DNA from: Candidatus Iainarchaeum sp.
Lineage (GTDB): Archaea; Iainarchaeota; Iainarchaeia; Iainarchaeales; 0-14-0-20-34-12
Direction: 5' to 3'
Length of the DNA: 32,000 nucleotides
Assembly (NCBI GenBank): GCA_030649345.1
Contig: JAUSKK010000020.1
Location: 1-32,000, forward strand
The notes beneath the pieces were generated by a model, which worked only from the letters and a program-made list of their open reading frames with translations, was not told the DNA's origin and ran no database searches. A program made the position numbers and the translations under genes. Numbering within the stretch: the first letter of the stretch is position 1; each line of letters begins with the position of its first letter. Positions 16,386-25,683 of the stretch are shown piece after piece.

Positions 16386-17168
16386 TTACCAGTTTAAAGC
16401 CGGAGGCAATTGCTTGCGCTTAAATTTACTTTTTTCAACCCAGCGAACAACTTTTTCCACATCTTTTTTCTTAAATCCTTTTTTTACAATTTGATTTACT
16501 GTTTTGTTTTGATCAAAATACAATTTCAAAATAGAGTCCAGTAAAGGATACGGCAACAAGTCTGCTTCATCGCTTTGATTTTTGCGCAATTCAGCAGTAG
16601 GCAATTTTTGAAAAACAGAAAAAGGAATACCTGAACCGAATTTTAAATTATACTGAGCAGAAATTTCGTACACTTGAGTTTTATACAAATTAGCTAAAAC
16701 AGCCAAGCCGCCGCAAGAATCTCCGTACAAAGTAAAATACCCAGTTAAAGCTTCGGATTTATTTCCAGTATTTAATACTAAAGCATGGTATTTGTTGGAG
16801 TAAGACATTAAAATATTTCCACGAATCCGTGCCTGCAAATTTTCTTCAGCCAAAGAAAACTCGGAACTCAAAAAATCAATTTCCCGCAAATACGATTTCA
16901 ACAAACGATGAATGGAATATGTTTTGTAAGCAATTCCTAAATTTTTGCAAATTTCTTTAGCATCCTTCATATTTTCAGGATTCGTAAAAGGACTCGGCAA
17001 TAAAAGAACAGTAACGTTTTTTTTACCCAAAGCTTGAACTGCCAAAGAACAGGTTAGAGCAGAATCAATGCCTCCGCTTAAACCAATCACTGCTTTTTTA
17101 AAACCATTTTGGCGAGCATACGACCGAATGCCTGAAATCATTAAATGCAAGACTTGAGAAGAATTCAT
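16386..17168 (-). CDS. nadE: NH3-dependent NAD+ synthetase
   Basis: PP-loop GLSGGIDSAL and NTGNKSE..GY.TLYGD motifs; 260 aa. Confidence 0.92.
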   Translation of the reverse strand: MNSSQVLHLMISGIRSYARQNGFKKAVIGLSGGIDSALTCSLAVQALGKKNVTVLLLPSPFTNPENMKDAKEICKNLGIAYKTYSIHRLLKSYLREIDFLSSEFSLAEENLQARIRGNILMSYSNKYHALVLNTGNKSEALTGYFTLYGDSCGGLAVLANLYKTQVYEISAQYNLKFGSGIPFSVFQKLPTAELRKNQSDEADLLPYPLLDSILKLYFDQNKTVNQIVKKGFKKKDVEKVVRWVEKSKFKRKQLPPALNW

Positions 17169-17199
17169 AGTAAATTTGAGAACAAAATTGTATTAATAG

Positions 17200-17213
17200 T
17201 TACTGTACAGTAA
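17200..17213. promoter_or_regulatory. perfect 14-bp palindrome immediately upstream of the nucS start codon
   Basis: TTACTGTACAGTAA within the 45-nt divergent nadE/nucS intergenic region. Confidence 0.3.
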
Positions 17214-17969
17214 ATGATAATGGAATTGGAGCAAGCAAAACAAAGATTAGCGGAAAGCGTAAGCAGAAAGGAAATGAGCATGATTATTGGCACGTGCTAT
17301 GTTGAATACTGGGGAAGGGCAGCCAGCAAGTTAGCGAAAGGCAAACGAATGGTTTTAATCAAAGGAGATCATAGTGTCAGCATTCACCAAAACAAACTGG
17401 TAAGGCCAGTTAATTACATGATGAATGCAGATATTTATTGCGAAATTGAAAACGAAACCTTAATTTTGCATGCGAATAAAAAAAAACCAAAAGAAACACT
17501 CAAAATTATTTTTTACAAAATAGATGGATTGCATGCGTATGAAATTGAAGAAAATGCAGATTTGCGATTGTTTGGAAGTGAACGAGAATTGTCCAAAGAA
17601 TTGATGCAAGATTTAAGCTTTATTGAACCTGGATTAAAACCAGTGAATCAAGAAATTCCATTTAGAAAAGGAATTGTGGATATTTTAGCCGAAGACCAAG
17701 AAGGAAATTTAGTGGTTATTGAAGTCAAACGAAGAAAAGCAGACTTCAATAGTGTAACGCAATTGGAAAGATATATGAAACAAGTTGAAAAAATTAAAGG
17801 AAAGAAAACTCGAGGAATGTTATTGGCACCCAGTATTCAAAAAAGTGCTTTAGAATTATTGGAACAAGCAGGTTTAGAATTTGCCAAATTTGAATTTGAA
17901 ATCGGAAATCCGAAAGCAACCATTAAAGGAATTCAAAAAAAACAAAAATTATTAAATGAATTTTTTTAA
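17214..17969 (+). CDS. nucS: endonuclease NucS / EndoMS
   Basis: 251 aa. N-terminal GRAASKLAKGKRMVLIKGDHSVSIH....RPVNYM and a C-terminal RecB-like nuclease motif, GIVDILAEDQEGNLVVIEVKRRKA. Confidence 0.9.
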   Translation: MIMELEQAKQRLAESVSRKEMSMIIGTCYVEYWGRAASKLAKGKRMVLIKGDHSVSIHQNKLVRPVNYMMNADIYCEIENETLILHANKKKPKETLKIIFYKIDGLHAYEIEENADLRLFGSERELSKELMQDLSFIEPGLKPVNQEIPFRKGIVDILAEDQEGNLVVIEVKRRKADFNSVTQLERYMKQVEKIKGKKTRGMLLAPSIQKSALELLEQAGLEFAKFEFEIGNPKATIKGIQKKQKLLNEFF

Positions 17970-19237
17970 AAAAGTTTTCCGGCAAATACTGCTTTCTTTC
18001 CAGGCTCTTCTTCAATGGCCAGCAAGCGATTGTATTTAGCTGTACGCTCAGAGCGAGCAGGAGCGCCAAATTTGGATTGGCCCGCATTTAAGCCTACAAC
18101 CAAATCAGCAATAAAGGAATCCTCGGTTTCACCCGAGCGATGAGAAACAACTACATTCCAATTATGTTTTCGAGCCAATTGAAAAGCTTGAATGCTTTCA
18201 GTTAAAGTGCCAATTTGATTTACTTTCAATAACAAAGAATTGCAAGATTTCTGCTTAATGGCTTTCTGAATTCGTTTTGAATTAGTGACCAATAAATCAT
18301 CGCCTACAATTTGAATTTTTTTACTCATTTTTTTAGTAAACATTTGCCAAGCTTGCCAGTCTTCTTCTGCAAAACCATCTTCAATGGAAACAATAGGATA
18401 TTTGGAAATTAATTCAGAATAAAAATCAATTAATTCAGAACTTGAAAATATTTTATTACCCAATTTGTAGGTATGAGTTTCTTTATTGTAAAACTCAGAG
18501 GCAGCACAATCTAAAGCTAAAGAAATTTTTCCAGAATAACCTTGTTCGTCAATGGCTTGCGTCATAAAATCCAAGCGCTTTTCCACAGAATTCAATGGAG
18601 GAACAAAACCGCCTTCGTCTCCAACTGCGATTGCAGTTGGGCCAAATTTTTTCTTCAATAAATTTTTAAGTTCGTGATAACAGTCAGTACTGGCTTGCAA
18701 GGCTTGAGAAAAAGTTTTAAATTTAGATGGAAAAAACATATGTTCTTGTACATCGTGTTCAAAGCCAGCATGTTTTCCGCCATTAATTACATTCATTTGA
18801 GGCACAGGCAAAGAAACAGTTTTCGTTCCAGCCAATTCACTTAAATAAGAATACAAAGGCAAATCGCAAGCAAACGCAGAAGCACGGGCAGCAGCCAAAG
18901 AAACAGACAAAATGGCATTGGCCCCCAATTTGCGTTTGTTTTCAGTTCCATCCAGTTTAATCAATAATTGATCCAATTCTTTTTGATTGCATACAGGAAA
19001 ATTTTTCAATTTAGGTGCAATAATTTGGTTGACATTTTGAATGGCTTTTTGAACAGACTTTCCATGAAATGATTTTCCGTTATCACGGAGTTCAACAGCT
19101 TCAAAAGAACCAGTGCTAGCACCCGAAGGAACCATGGCACTAAACGAACCATAATCTGTGAAAATGGTTGTTTCAATAGTGGGAGTGCCACGAGAGTCTA
19201 AAACTTGCCTAGAATGAATTTTCGCAATTAAACACAT
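17966..19237 (-). CDS. eno: enolase
   Basis: IHSRQVLDSRGTPTIE, SGASTG..EA.ELRD, SHRSGETED and LLKVNQIGT motifs. ATG 19237 is preferred over the track's TTG 19252. Overlaps the nucS stop by 4 nt. Confidence 0.95.
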   Translation of the reverse strand: MCLIAKIHSRQVLDSRGTPTIETTIFTDYGSFSAMVPSGASTGSFEAVELRDNGKSFHGKSVQKAIQNVNQIIAPKLKNFPVCNQKELDQLLIKLDGTENKRKLGANAILSVSLAAARASAFACDLPLYSYLSELAGTKTVSLPVPQMNVINGGKHAGFEHDVQEHMFFPSKFKTFSQALQASTDCYHELKNLLKKKFGPTAIAVGDEGGFVPPLNSVEKRLDFMTQAIDEQGYSGKISLALDCAASEFYNKETHTYKLGNKIFSSSELIDFYSELISKYPIVSIEDGFAEEDWQAWQMFTKKMSKKIQIVGDDLLVTNSKRIQKAIKQKSCNSLLLKVNQIGTLTESIQAFQLARKHNWNVVVSHRSGETEDSFIADLVVGLNAGQSKFGAPARSERTAKYNRLLAIEEEPGKKAVFAGKLF

Positions 19238-19287
19238 ACTACTATTAAACAATTAGGGTATTTAAAGTTTTTAGTTCCAATGTAAGC

Positions 19288-20184
19288 ATGCAAAGCGTTC
19301 TAATTGCAGGAAACGGAAGCCAAACCTTGGCACACGAAATTTCAAAACAAACCAAAATCAAACTTTTAAAAACAGAGACTCTGCAATTCTCAGACTCTGA
19401 AACTTTAATTCGAATCAAAGAAAGCGTGCAAGGAAAAACAGTTTATGTATTGGAACAAATGAATGCTCCAGTCAACGACAAAGTAATGGAATTACTTTTG
19501 TTATGCAATGCAGCTAAAGAAAATAGAGCCAAAAAAGTAATTGCATTGGTCCCCTATTTAGGATATTCTAGACAAGATCGAGTAACCAAAACAGGAGAAC
19601 CTATTAGCATCAAAGTCTTGGCCAAAGCTCTGCTGAGTGCAGGCTGTACAAAAATGATTACAGTAGACATTCATTCTCAGCGAGGGAAAAAATATTTTGG
19701 AAAAAAACTAACAAATTTAGAATTTTTTAATGTATCCATTCATGAATTAAAAAAAAGAAATTGGAAAAATGAAATTGTTATTGCGCCCGACGAAGGGGCC
19801 AGAAAACTAGCGAAAAAATATGGAAAAACGTTAAAGACACAAATCGCTTGGATGGAAAAATACAGACCTAAACCAGAAGCTGTGGCAGAATTGAAACTGC
19901 ATGGAATTGTAAACGGAAAAAATGCACTAATTGTAGATGACATGATTAATACAGCCAGCACCATGAAGCCAGTGGTTGAGTTATTGAGGAAAAATGGAGT
20001 TAAAAAAATTTCAGTCCTAGTCACTCATGGATTGTTCTCTGAACCAGCCACGCAAAGATTGAACGAATTAAATTTGGATGAAATTATTGTCAGCAATTCT
20101 TTGGATCAAACCAAAAACAAAAAGAAAATTAAGAAATTAAAAATATTGAGTTTAGCTGAATTATTGGGAAACGACATTCAGTAA
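19288..20184 (+). CDS. prs: ribose-phosphate pyrophosphokinase
   Basis: FSDSETLIRI, PYLGYSRQDR and LIVDDMINTASTM motifs. Confidence 0.93.
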   Translation: MQSVLIAGNGSQTLAHEISKQTKIKLLKTETLQFSDSETLIRIKESVQGKTVYVLEQMNAPVNDKVMELLLLCNAAKENRAKKVIALVPYLGYSRQDRVTKTGEPISIKVLAKALLSAGCTKMITVDIHSQRGKKYFGKKLTNLEFFNVSIHELKKRNWKNEIVIAPDEGARKLAKKYGKTLKTQIAWMEKYRPKPEAVAELKLHGIVNGKNALIVDDMINTASTMKPVVELLRKNGVKKISVLVTHGLFSEPATQRLNELNLDEIIVSNSLDQTKNKKKIKKLKILSLAELLGNDIQ

Positions 20185-20231
20185 AAAAATTGGCAGATAC
20201 CATTAAAAGCCTAATTTAAGGACACATAGAT

Positions 20232-21698
20232 ATGAACCGCAAAATTCCACGAACCATGAGTACCCAACACCCGGATAATGTACGGATGCCTTTTTTTATT
20301 GAAAATTCAGTGATTGGCGGCGAAGACGAAATCAAGGAAGCTTTTTATGTATTTGATCATTTAAAATGCGAAGAACAATTATGGGATGCAGAAGGAAAAG
20401 AAGTAGATAACCATGTAGTCAAAAAATTACTGCATGCCTATCCTGAATTTTTTACAGAAAACAAACTAGGGCAAGACGTGTTTTTGACTTTACGGGTGCC
20501 CAATCCCAGAGTTGAACAAAACGAAGCCAAAATCTTGTTGGAAACATTGGAAAGTCTGCCCAGAAATTCAGATATTGCCAAAGCATTTTATGGAAAAACA
20601 CAAATTCCAGTATTTGAAGTATGTTTGCCGATGACTCAAACAGCTCAAGAAGCAAGACATATTGAAGACTATTATAAAAAATTTGTGGGTGGAAAAGAAA
20701 CCCAAAAATTAAGCGAAGGGACTTTGGTAGGAGACTGGATCGGAGAATTTAAACCAGATACTATTCAAGTAATTCCATTAATTGAAGAAAAAGAAGCATT
20801 ATTAAATGCAGGAAAAATTGTAGGTGAATTGGTAAAAGGAAAAAAAACAGACCACCAAAGAGTATGGCTGGCATTTTCGGATCCAGCAGAAAACTATGGA
20901 CTCATTTCAACTGCTTTATTAAACAAAATTGCTTTACAAGAATTGGATGAAGTGGAAGAAAAAACAAGCGTACAAATTTATCCAATTGCAGGAATGGGCG
21001 GAGCACCCTTTCGAGGAAATTTATTGCCAGGAAAAGAACAAGACTGCATGAATGAATTTTCCAGTGTACAAACATTTACTATACAATCTGCGTTTAAGTA
21101 TGATGCAAATGAAAAAGAAGTCAGAGAAAGTATTGAAAATATTAATACTGGAAAAAAGAAAAAAGCAAAAATAATTGAACAAACACAAGCTTTGGCCATT
21201 ATTGAAAAATATTCAGAAGAATACCAAAAACAAGTGGAAGGATTGGCTGATTTAATTAACAAAACCGCTGAATTTGTACCATCTCGGAGAAAACGAAAAT
21301 TGCACACAGGATTGTTTGGATACAGCCGAAAAGTAGGAAAACAAAAATTGCCACGCGCAATTAAATTTTGTGCAGCACTTTATTCTATTGGAATTCCTCC
21401 AGAATTTTTAGGACTCAATGCACTGAATGAAAAAGAAATGGATTGGATTTTAGACCATTATCCTAAACTTAAGTTAGACTTAGAAGAAGCTGGAAAATAT
21501 TTGAATGAAATTCATTTCAAAAAAGAAGTTAGAGCAGGAAACGAAATTTTGGAAAAACTCAAAGAATTTAAAATTAATCCAAATACAGAACATCAAAAAT
21601 TAACCCAGCAAATTTATGAAAAAATAGCAAAAAATCAGACTCATGAATTGCATGATTTAATTGTAAAAGCTGGATGGCAAAGAAAATTCTTGGGATAA
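20232..21698 (+). CDS. ppcA: archaeal-type phosphoenolpyruvate carboxylase
   Basis: N-terminal IPRTMSTQHPDN signature and ~490 aa length, typical of the archaeal PEPC family. Confidence 0.88.
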   Translation: MNRKIPRTMSTQHPDNVRMPFFIENSVIGGEDEIKEAFYVFDHLKCEEQLWDAEGKEVDNHVVKKLLHAYPEFFTENKLGQDVFLTLRVPNPRVEQNEAKILLETLESLPRNSDIAKAFYGKTQIPVFEVCLPMTQTAQEARHIEDYYKKFVGGKETQKLSEGTLVGDWIGEFKPDTIQVIPLIEEKEALLNAGKIVGELVKGKKTDHQRVWLAFSDPAENYGLISTALLNKIALQELDEVEEKTSVQIYPIAGMGGAPFRGNLLPGKEQDCMNEFSSVQTFTIQSAFKYDANEKEVRESIENINTGKKKKAKIIEQTQALAIIEKYSEEYQKQVEGLADLINKTAEFVPSRRKRKLHTGLFGYSRKVGKQKLPRAIKFCAALYSIGIPPEFLGLNALNEKEMDWILDHYPKLKLDLEEAGKYLNEIHFKKEVRAGNEILEKLKEFKINPNTEHQKLTQQIYEKIAKNQTHELHDLIVKAGWQRKFLG

Positions 21699-21762
21699 TC
21701 TAAAGCCTTTTTAAATACTTTTCAATTTGTTTAAAGTACACATAAGGAATAGCGCAATTTTT

Positions 21763-22560
21763 ATGACAGAAAATATTATTGAAGTCAACCATTTAACTCG
21801 AAAATACGGAGACTTTACAGCAGTCAATGACATTTCATTTGAAGTCAAAAAAGGCCAAATTTTTGCATTCTTGGGGCCCAATGGAGCTGGAAAATCAACC
21901 ACCATTAAAATGCTGACTACTTTACTCAACCCCACGCAAGGAAATATTCAATTGAATAATGTAAATCCATTGAATGAACCCAATTTAGCCAGAAAATCTT
22001 TTGGAATTGTATTCCAAGACCCTAGCTTGGATGACGAATTAACAGCATATGAAAATATGGATTTTCATGGAGCCTTATATCACGTGCCTGTAGATTTACG
22101 AAAAAAAAGAATTGAAGAATTATTAAAATTTCTGGAATTATGGGATCGAAAAAACAGTTTGGTAAAAACATTCTCTGGAGGAATGAAACGCAGACTCGAA
22201 ATTGCCAGAGGATTATTACATCATCCCAAAATTTTATTCTTAGACGAGCCCACAATTGGATTGGATCCGCAGACTCGAAATCATATTTGGAGTTATATTC
22301 AAAACTTGAATAAAAAAGAAAACATTACAGTTTTTTTTACAACCCATTACATGCAAGAAGCAGAATTGGTTGCCGACAGTGTTGCCATCATTGATCATGG
22401 GAAGATTGTAGCCAAAGGAACTTCACAAGAATTAAAAGAACAAACAAAAACACAAAATTTAGAAGATGCATTTTTGGCTTTAACTGGAAAAACCATTCGC
22501 GAAGAAGAAGTTACTGGAAAAGACTATATGCGAATGGCACATAAACTATGGAGAAAATAA
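21763..22560 (+). CDS. ABC transporter ATP-binding protein (ABC-2/DrrA-like)
   Basis: Walker A GPNGAGKST, signature SGGMKRRL, Walker B LFLDEPTIGLD. ATG 21763 is preferred over the track's TTG 21727. Confidence 0.9.
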   Translation: MTENIIEVNHLTRKYGDFTAVNDISFEVKKGQIFAFLGPNGAGKSTTIKMLTTLLNPTQGNIQLNNVNPLNEPNLARKSFGIVFQDPSLDDELTAYENMDFHGALYHVPVDLRKKRIEELLKFLELWDRKNSLVKTFSGGMKRRLEIARGLLHHPKILFLDEPTIGLDPQTRNHIWSYIQNLNKKENITVFFTTHYMQEAELVADSVAIIDHGKIVAKGTSQELKEQTKTQNLEDAFLALTGKTIREEEVTGKDYMRMAHKLWRK

Positions 22561-22561
22561 T

Positions 22562-23308
22562 ATGAGTGCAATTTATGTTTTTTGGCTAAGACAACTAAAA
22601 CGATATTATCGATCTAAAGCCAGAATGATTGGAGCCTTAGGGCAGCCAGTTTTATTTTTGCTAGCTTTAGGATTTGGATTCGGGCCAGTGTTTGAAAAAG
22701 CAGGAGCTGGAAATTATTTAGAATTTTTGACACCTGGAATTATTGCCATGAGTATTTTGTTTACTGCAACCTTTTCAGGAATTGAAGTAATTTGGGATAA
22801 ACAATTTGGATTCTTAAAAGAAACTCTGGTTGCGCCAGTTTCTAGACTGGAAATTATGCTGGGAAGAACTTTGGGCGGAGCTACGGTAGCCAGCATTCAA
22901 GGAATTATTGTATTAATTATTGCTTCACTGGCAGGATTTACTATTCAAAACTGGAGCATGCTTCCTTTGGCTTTTGTTTTTATGTTTTTAATTGCAGTCT
23001 TGTTTACTGCTTTAGGAACAGCCTTGGCTTCAGTACTGGATGATATGCAGGGATTTCAATTAATTATTAATTTTTTAATCATGCCTTTATTCTTTTTATC
23101 CGGAGCCTTATTTCCTTTGGATACAGCTCCAGGAATACTGGGAACCTTAGCTAGCTTGAATCCTTTGTCTTATGGAGTGGATGGATTAAGATATGCATTA
23201 ATTGGAGTCAGCCATTTAGGAGTATTTACAGATTTAGCCATACTGGGAACCGTTACTTTGATTTTTTTAGGAATTGGAAGTTACTTGTTTTCCAAAATTC
23301 AAATTTAA
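22562..23308 (+). CDS. ABC-2 type transporter permease
   Basis: Six hydrophobic segments. Starts 1 nt after the ATPase stop. Typical ABC-2 N-terminus (WLRQLKRYYRSK). Confidence 0.85.
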   Translation: MSAIYVFWLRQLKRYYRSKARMIGALGQPVLFLLALGFGFGPVFEKAGAGNYLEFLTPGIIAMSILFTATFSGIEVIWDKQFGFLKETLVAPVSRLEIMLGRTLGGATVASIQGIIVLIIASLAGFTIQNWSMLPLAFVFMFLIAVLFTALGTALASVLDDMQGFQLIINFLIMPLFFLSGALFPLDTAPGILGTLASLNPLSYGVDGLRYALIGVSHLGVFTDLAILGTVTLIFLGIGSYLFSKIQI

Positions 23309-23352
23309 GCTAACAGAAAAGTATTAAATATAGATTCAACCTTTGGATTAGT

Positions 23353-23502
23353 ATGGGAAATCAAACTATTGGAATGTTTTTAATTGGAATTGCTTTAGGC
23401 TTGTACATGCCTGGCTTGCCTGCACCCTTAGACTTAATCAATCCTTACGTAGGATTTGGGTTAATTGTAGTGGCTGTTGTCTTATTTGTAAAAGGCGAAT
23501 AG
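23353..23502 (+). CDS. candidate small membrane protein (49 aa, two TM segments)
   Basis: MGNQTIGMFLIGIALGLYMPGLPAPLDLINPYVGFGLIVVAVVLFVKGE. ATTAAATATA lies ~25 nt upstream of the ATG. Below the ORF-track cut-off. Confidence 0.4.
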   Translation: MGNQTIGMFLIGIALGLYMPGLPAPLDLINPYVGFGLIVVAVVLFVKGE

Positions 23503-23557
23503 AGAAACGAATGCCTAAAAACATGCAAAGATTAAATATTCGGATTAAGATTCATTT

Positions 23558-24280
23558 ATGCGGTATCTAATTATTTCTGATATTCACGGAAACCTAGAAG
23601 CATTACAATCTGTTATTGCCAGTGCACGCAGACAAAAATTTGACAGAATTCTTTGCTTGGGAGACACTGTAGGATTTGGACCTAACCCCAATGAATGTTT
23701 ACAATTACTAAAAGCACAAAGACACTCGATTGTATTAATGGGAAACTGGGAAGCAACACTAGCAGGATTAATTGGAAAAGAATGGATACAAAAAGAAAGC
23801 GTGCAAAAATGCATGGATTGGCTGGAAAAAGAAATCACAGAAGAAAACTTAGACTACATTAAAGAAATGTCCAAATTTTTTTCAGTCAATTTTTTGTTGG
23901 GAGTACATGCCAGTCCATTTGATCCAGTATTGCAAAAAATGGATGCAGAAATTGCGCAAAAAACTTTGGACAGTGTAGCCGAACAAGTTACAGTTACAGG
24001 ACATATTCATCAGCCTTTTTATTATACTAAAAAAGACGGCTGGAAAAAAATCGAAGGAGACAAAACCATTCAATTAATTCCGGAAAAAATTGTAATCACT
24101 TTGCCGAGTGTCGGAAAACCAAAAGATTTGGATAAACGAGCAGGATACGGAATTTTAGACTTTCAAAGAAAAGAATTTTATGTCCGAAGACTAAATTATG
24201 ACTATGAAACAACCCAGAAAAAAATGAGAGAACTAAAATTACCGGAAGAAGAAATCCAAGGACTGGCAACTGGAGAATAG
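23558..24280 (+). CDS. calcineurin-like metallophosphoesterase (YfcE/MJ0936-like)
   Basis: ISDIHGN, GDTVGFGP, GNWE and GHIH motifs in the canonical order. Confidence 0.85.
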   Translation: MRYLIISDIHGNLEALQSVIASARRQKFDRILCLGDTVGFGPNPNECLQLLKAQRHSIVLMGNWEATLAGLIGKEWIQKESVQKCMDWLEKEITEENLDYIKEMSKFFSVNFLLGVHASPFDPVLQKMDAEIAQKTLDSVAEQVTVTGHIHQPFYYTKKDGWKKIEGDKTIQLIPEKIVITLPSVGKPKDLDKRAGYGILDFQRKEFYVRRLNYDYETTQKKMRELKLPEEEIQGLATGE

Positions 24281-24281
24281 T

Positions 24282-24488
24282 TTAGTGAATCAAAAAAAGA
24301 CAAAAAAATAAAATAGTAAAAGAAAACCAAGCAGAAAAAGAAAACAATGAAAAAATACTTATTTTAAACAAAATTCCAAGAAAAAGCAAACCTACTAAAA
24401 GTGCAAAAGAAAAAACTCCAGATTTCATTAACTTTGCAAAATACATTTTTATCTCACACCAGTCCATTGAACAAAAAAGTAAAAACAA
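24282..24488 (-). CDS. hypothetical small membrane protein, or the 3' part of the upstream ORF
   Basis: 68 aa, Phe/Leu-rich, on the T-rich strand. Could be a compositional artefact. Confidence 0.25.
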   Translation of the reverse strand: MFLLFCSMDWCEIKMYFAKLMKSGVFSFALLVGLLFLGILFKISIFSLFSFSAWFSFTILFFCLFLIH

Positions 24489-24813
24489 AAATAAACAAAA
24501 CAGTCAAAGAAACAACATGTTTTTGCAAAGAAGTATTTTCAAGAAAAATACGGAGCATAAAAATTCCGAAAGCAACAAAAAATAAGGGGAAAGCCAAAAC
24601 AATAATTTGCCAATTCAATAAAGAATGAAAAATAGATCTCATGGAAAACAGCAAAAAAATCAAGAAAAGCATTCCTGAAAGCAAAGATTTCCCAGAAGAA
24701 AGAATATGACGCAAGGCAGCAAAAATAAATAGCCAATGAAGATTGTTCATTAGCAAAGAAAACAAGCTAGCTAAATCCAAAGAAAGAATTGCATTCAAAA
24801 ACTCCAATAACAT
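24454..24813 (-). CDS. hypothetical polytopic membrane protein (possibly the 5' part of a frameshifted gene)
   Basis: 119 aa with ~4 hydrophobic segments. Its end overlaps by 35 nt the start of a second hydrophobic ORF (24282-24488) in another frame. Confidence 0.4.
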   Translation of the reverse strand: MLLEFLNAILSLDLASLFSLLMNNLHWLFIFAALRHILSSGKSLLSGMLFLIFLLFSMRSIFHSLLNWQIIVLAFPLFFVAFGIFMLRIFLENTSLQKHVVSLTVLFIFVFTFLFNGLV

Positions 24814-24882
24814 ATAAACTATTCTTCGAACGCATTAATATAGATCGTTAGTAATAAATACTACTACAAACAAGAGTATTGT

Positions 24883-25623
24883 ATGAATTTAGATTATTTG
24901 GAAACAGCAGGATTAAGCAAAAATGAAGCTAAAGTGTATCATGCATTGCTTCGATCAGGAGCAACCAATTCAGCTGAATTGGCCAGACAATCTGGAGTAC
25001 ATCGAATTAACACCTACGATGTGTTAAATAGCTTAATTGCCAAAGGATTGGTTAGCTTTATTGTAGAAGGAAAACAAAGATTGTTTAAGGCCGAAAATCC
25101 AAAACAACTCAAACAATTATTACAGGATAAGCTAGATTCTTTGGAAACCCAATTGCCGGAATTGGAACAATTGTTTGAAAGCAAAAAACAAAAAGTAGAT
25201 GTACGCGTTTTATCTGGAAATGAAGGAAAAAAACAACAACTCGGAGAACAATTTCGACTAGGCGAAAATGGAACATTGTATTTGTTTTTATCCCATGGAT
25301 TAACCACTCAATTAAGAGCACCCTATACAACACATTTAAGAAAATTTTATGTCAGCTTAAAAGAAAAAAATGCATTGGTAAAAATTATTTTACCAGACAC
25401 AAAAGAAGTACGGCAAAGAGCTAAATTTTTCCAAGAGTTTAAAGATTTTGTTAAAATCAAATATGTAAAAGATTTAGATATTGCAGGATTTTCTTGGCAA
25501 GCAGCCCAAGAGGTATTTTGGCTTACAATTTTAACTGAACCAATTTTAACCATTCGTGTACAATCCGAACAAGTGGCCAAAATATTCAAAGCACAATTTG
25601 AGCTAATCTGGAAAAAGAATTAA
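24883..25623 (+). CDS. TrmB-family transcriptional regulator
   Basis: N-terminal winged helix: LETAGLSKNEAKVYHALLRSGATNSAELARQSGVHRINTYDVLNSLIAKGLV. Followed by a coiled-coil and a C-terminal domain of TrmB size. Confidence 0.85.
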   Translation: MNLDYLETAGLSKNEAKVYHALLRSGATNSAELARQSGVHRINTYDVLNSLIAKGLVSFIVEGKQRLFKAENPKQLKQLLQDKLDSLETQLPELEQLFESKKQKVDVRVLSGNEGKKQQLGEQFRLGENGTLYLFLSHGLTTQLRAPYTTHLRKFYVSLKEKNALVKIILPDTKEVRQRAKFFQEFKDFVKIKYVKDLDIAGFSWQAAQEVFWLTILTEPILTIRVQSEQVAKIFKAQFELIWKKN

Positions 25624-25683
25624 ACTGTGTTTTTAAATCATTTTATTCAATAAATTTGTAAATCGAATTCTTGAAGGGATACA

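Noticed and set aside
24849-24863. TAGTA-N5-TACTA inverted repeat upstream of the TrmB gene as an autoregulatory operator.
   Set aside because: The 5-bp AT-rich arms lie inside a TATA-like region of an AT-rich genome, so chance occurrence is likely. The spacing also differs from the TrmB sites I remember.
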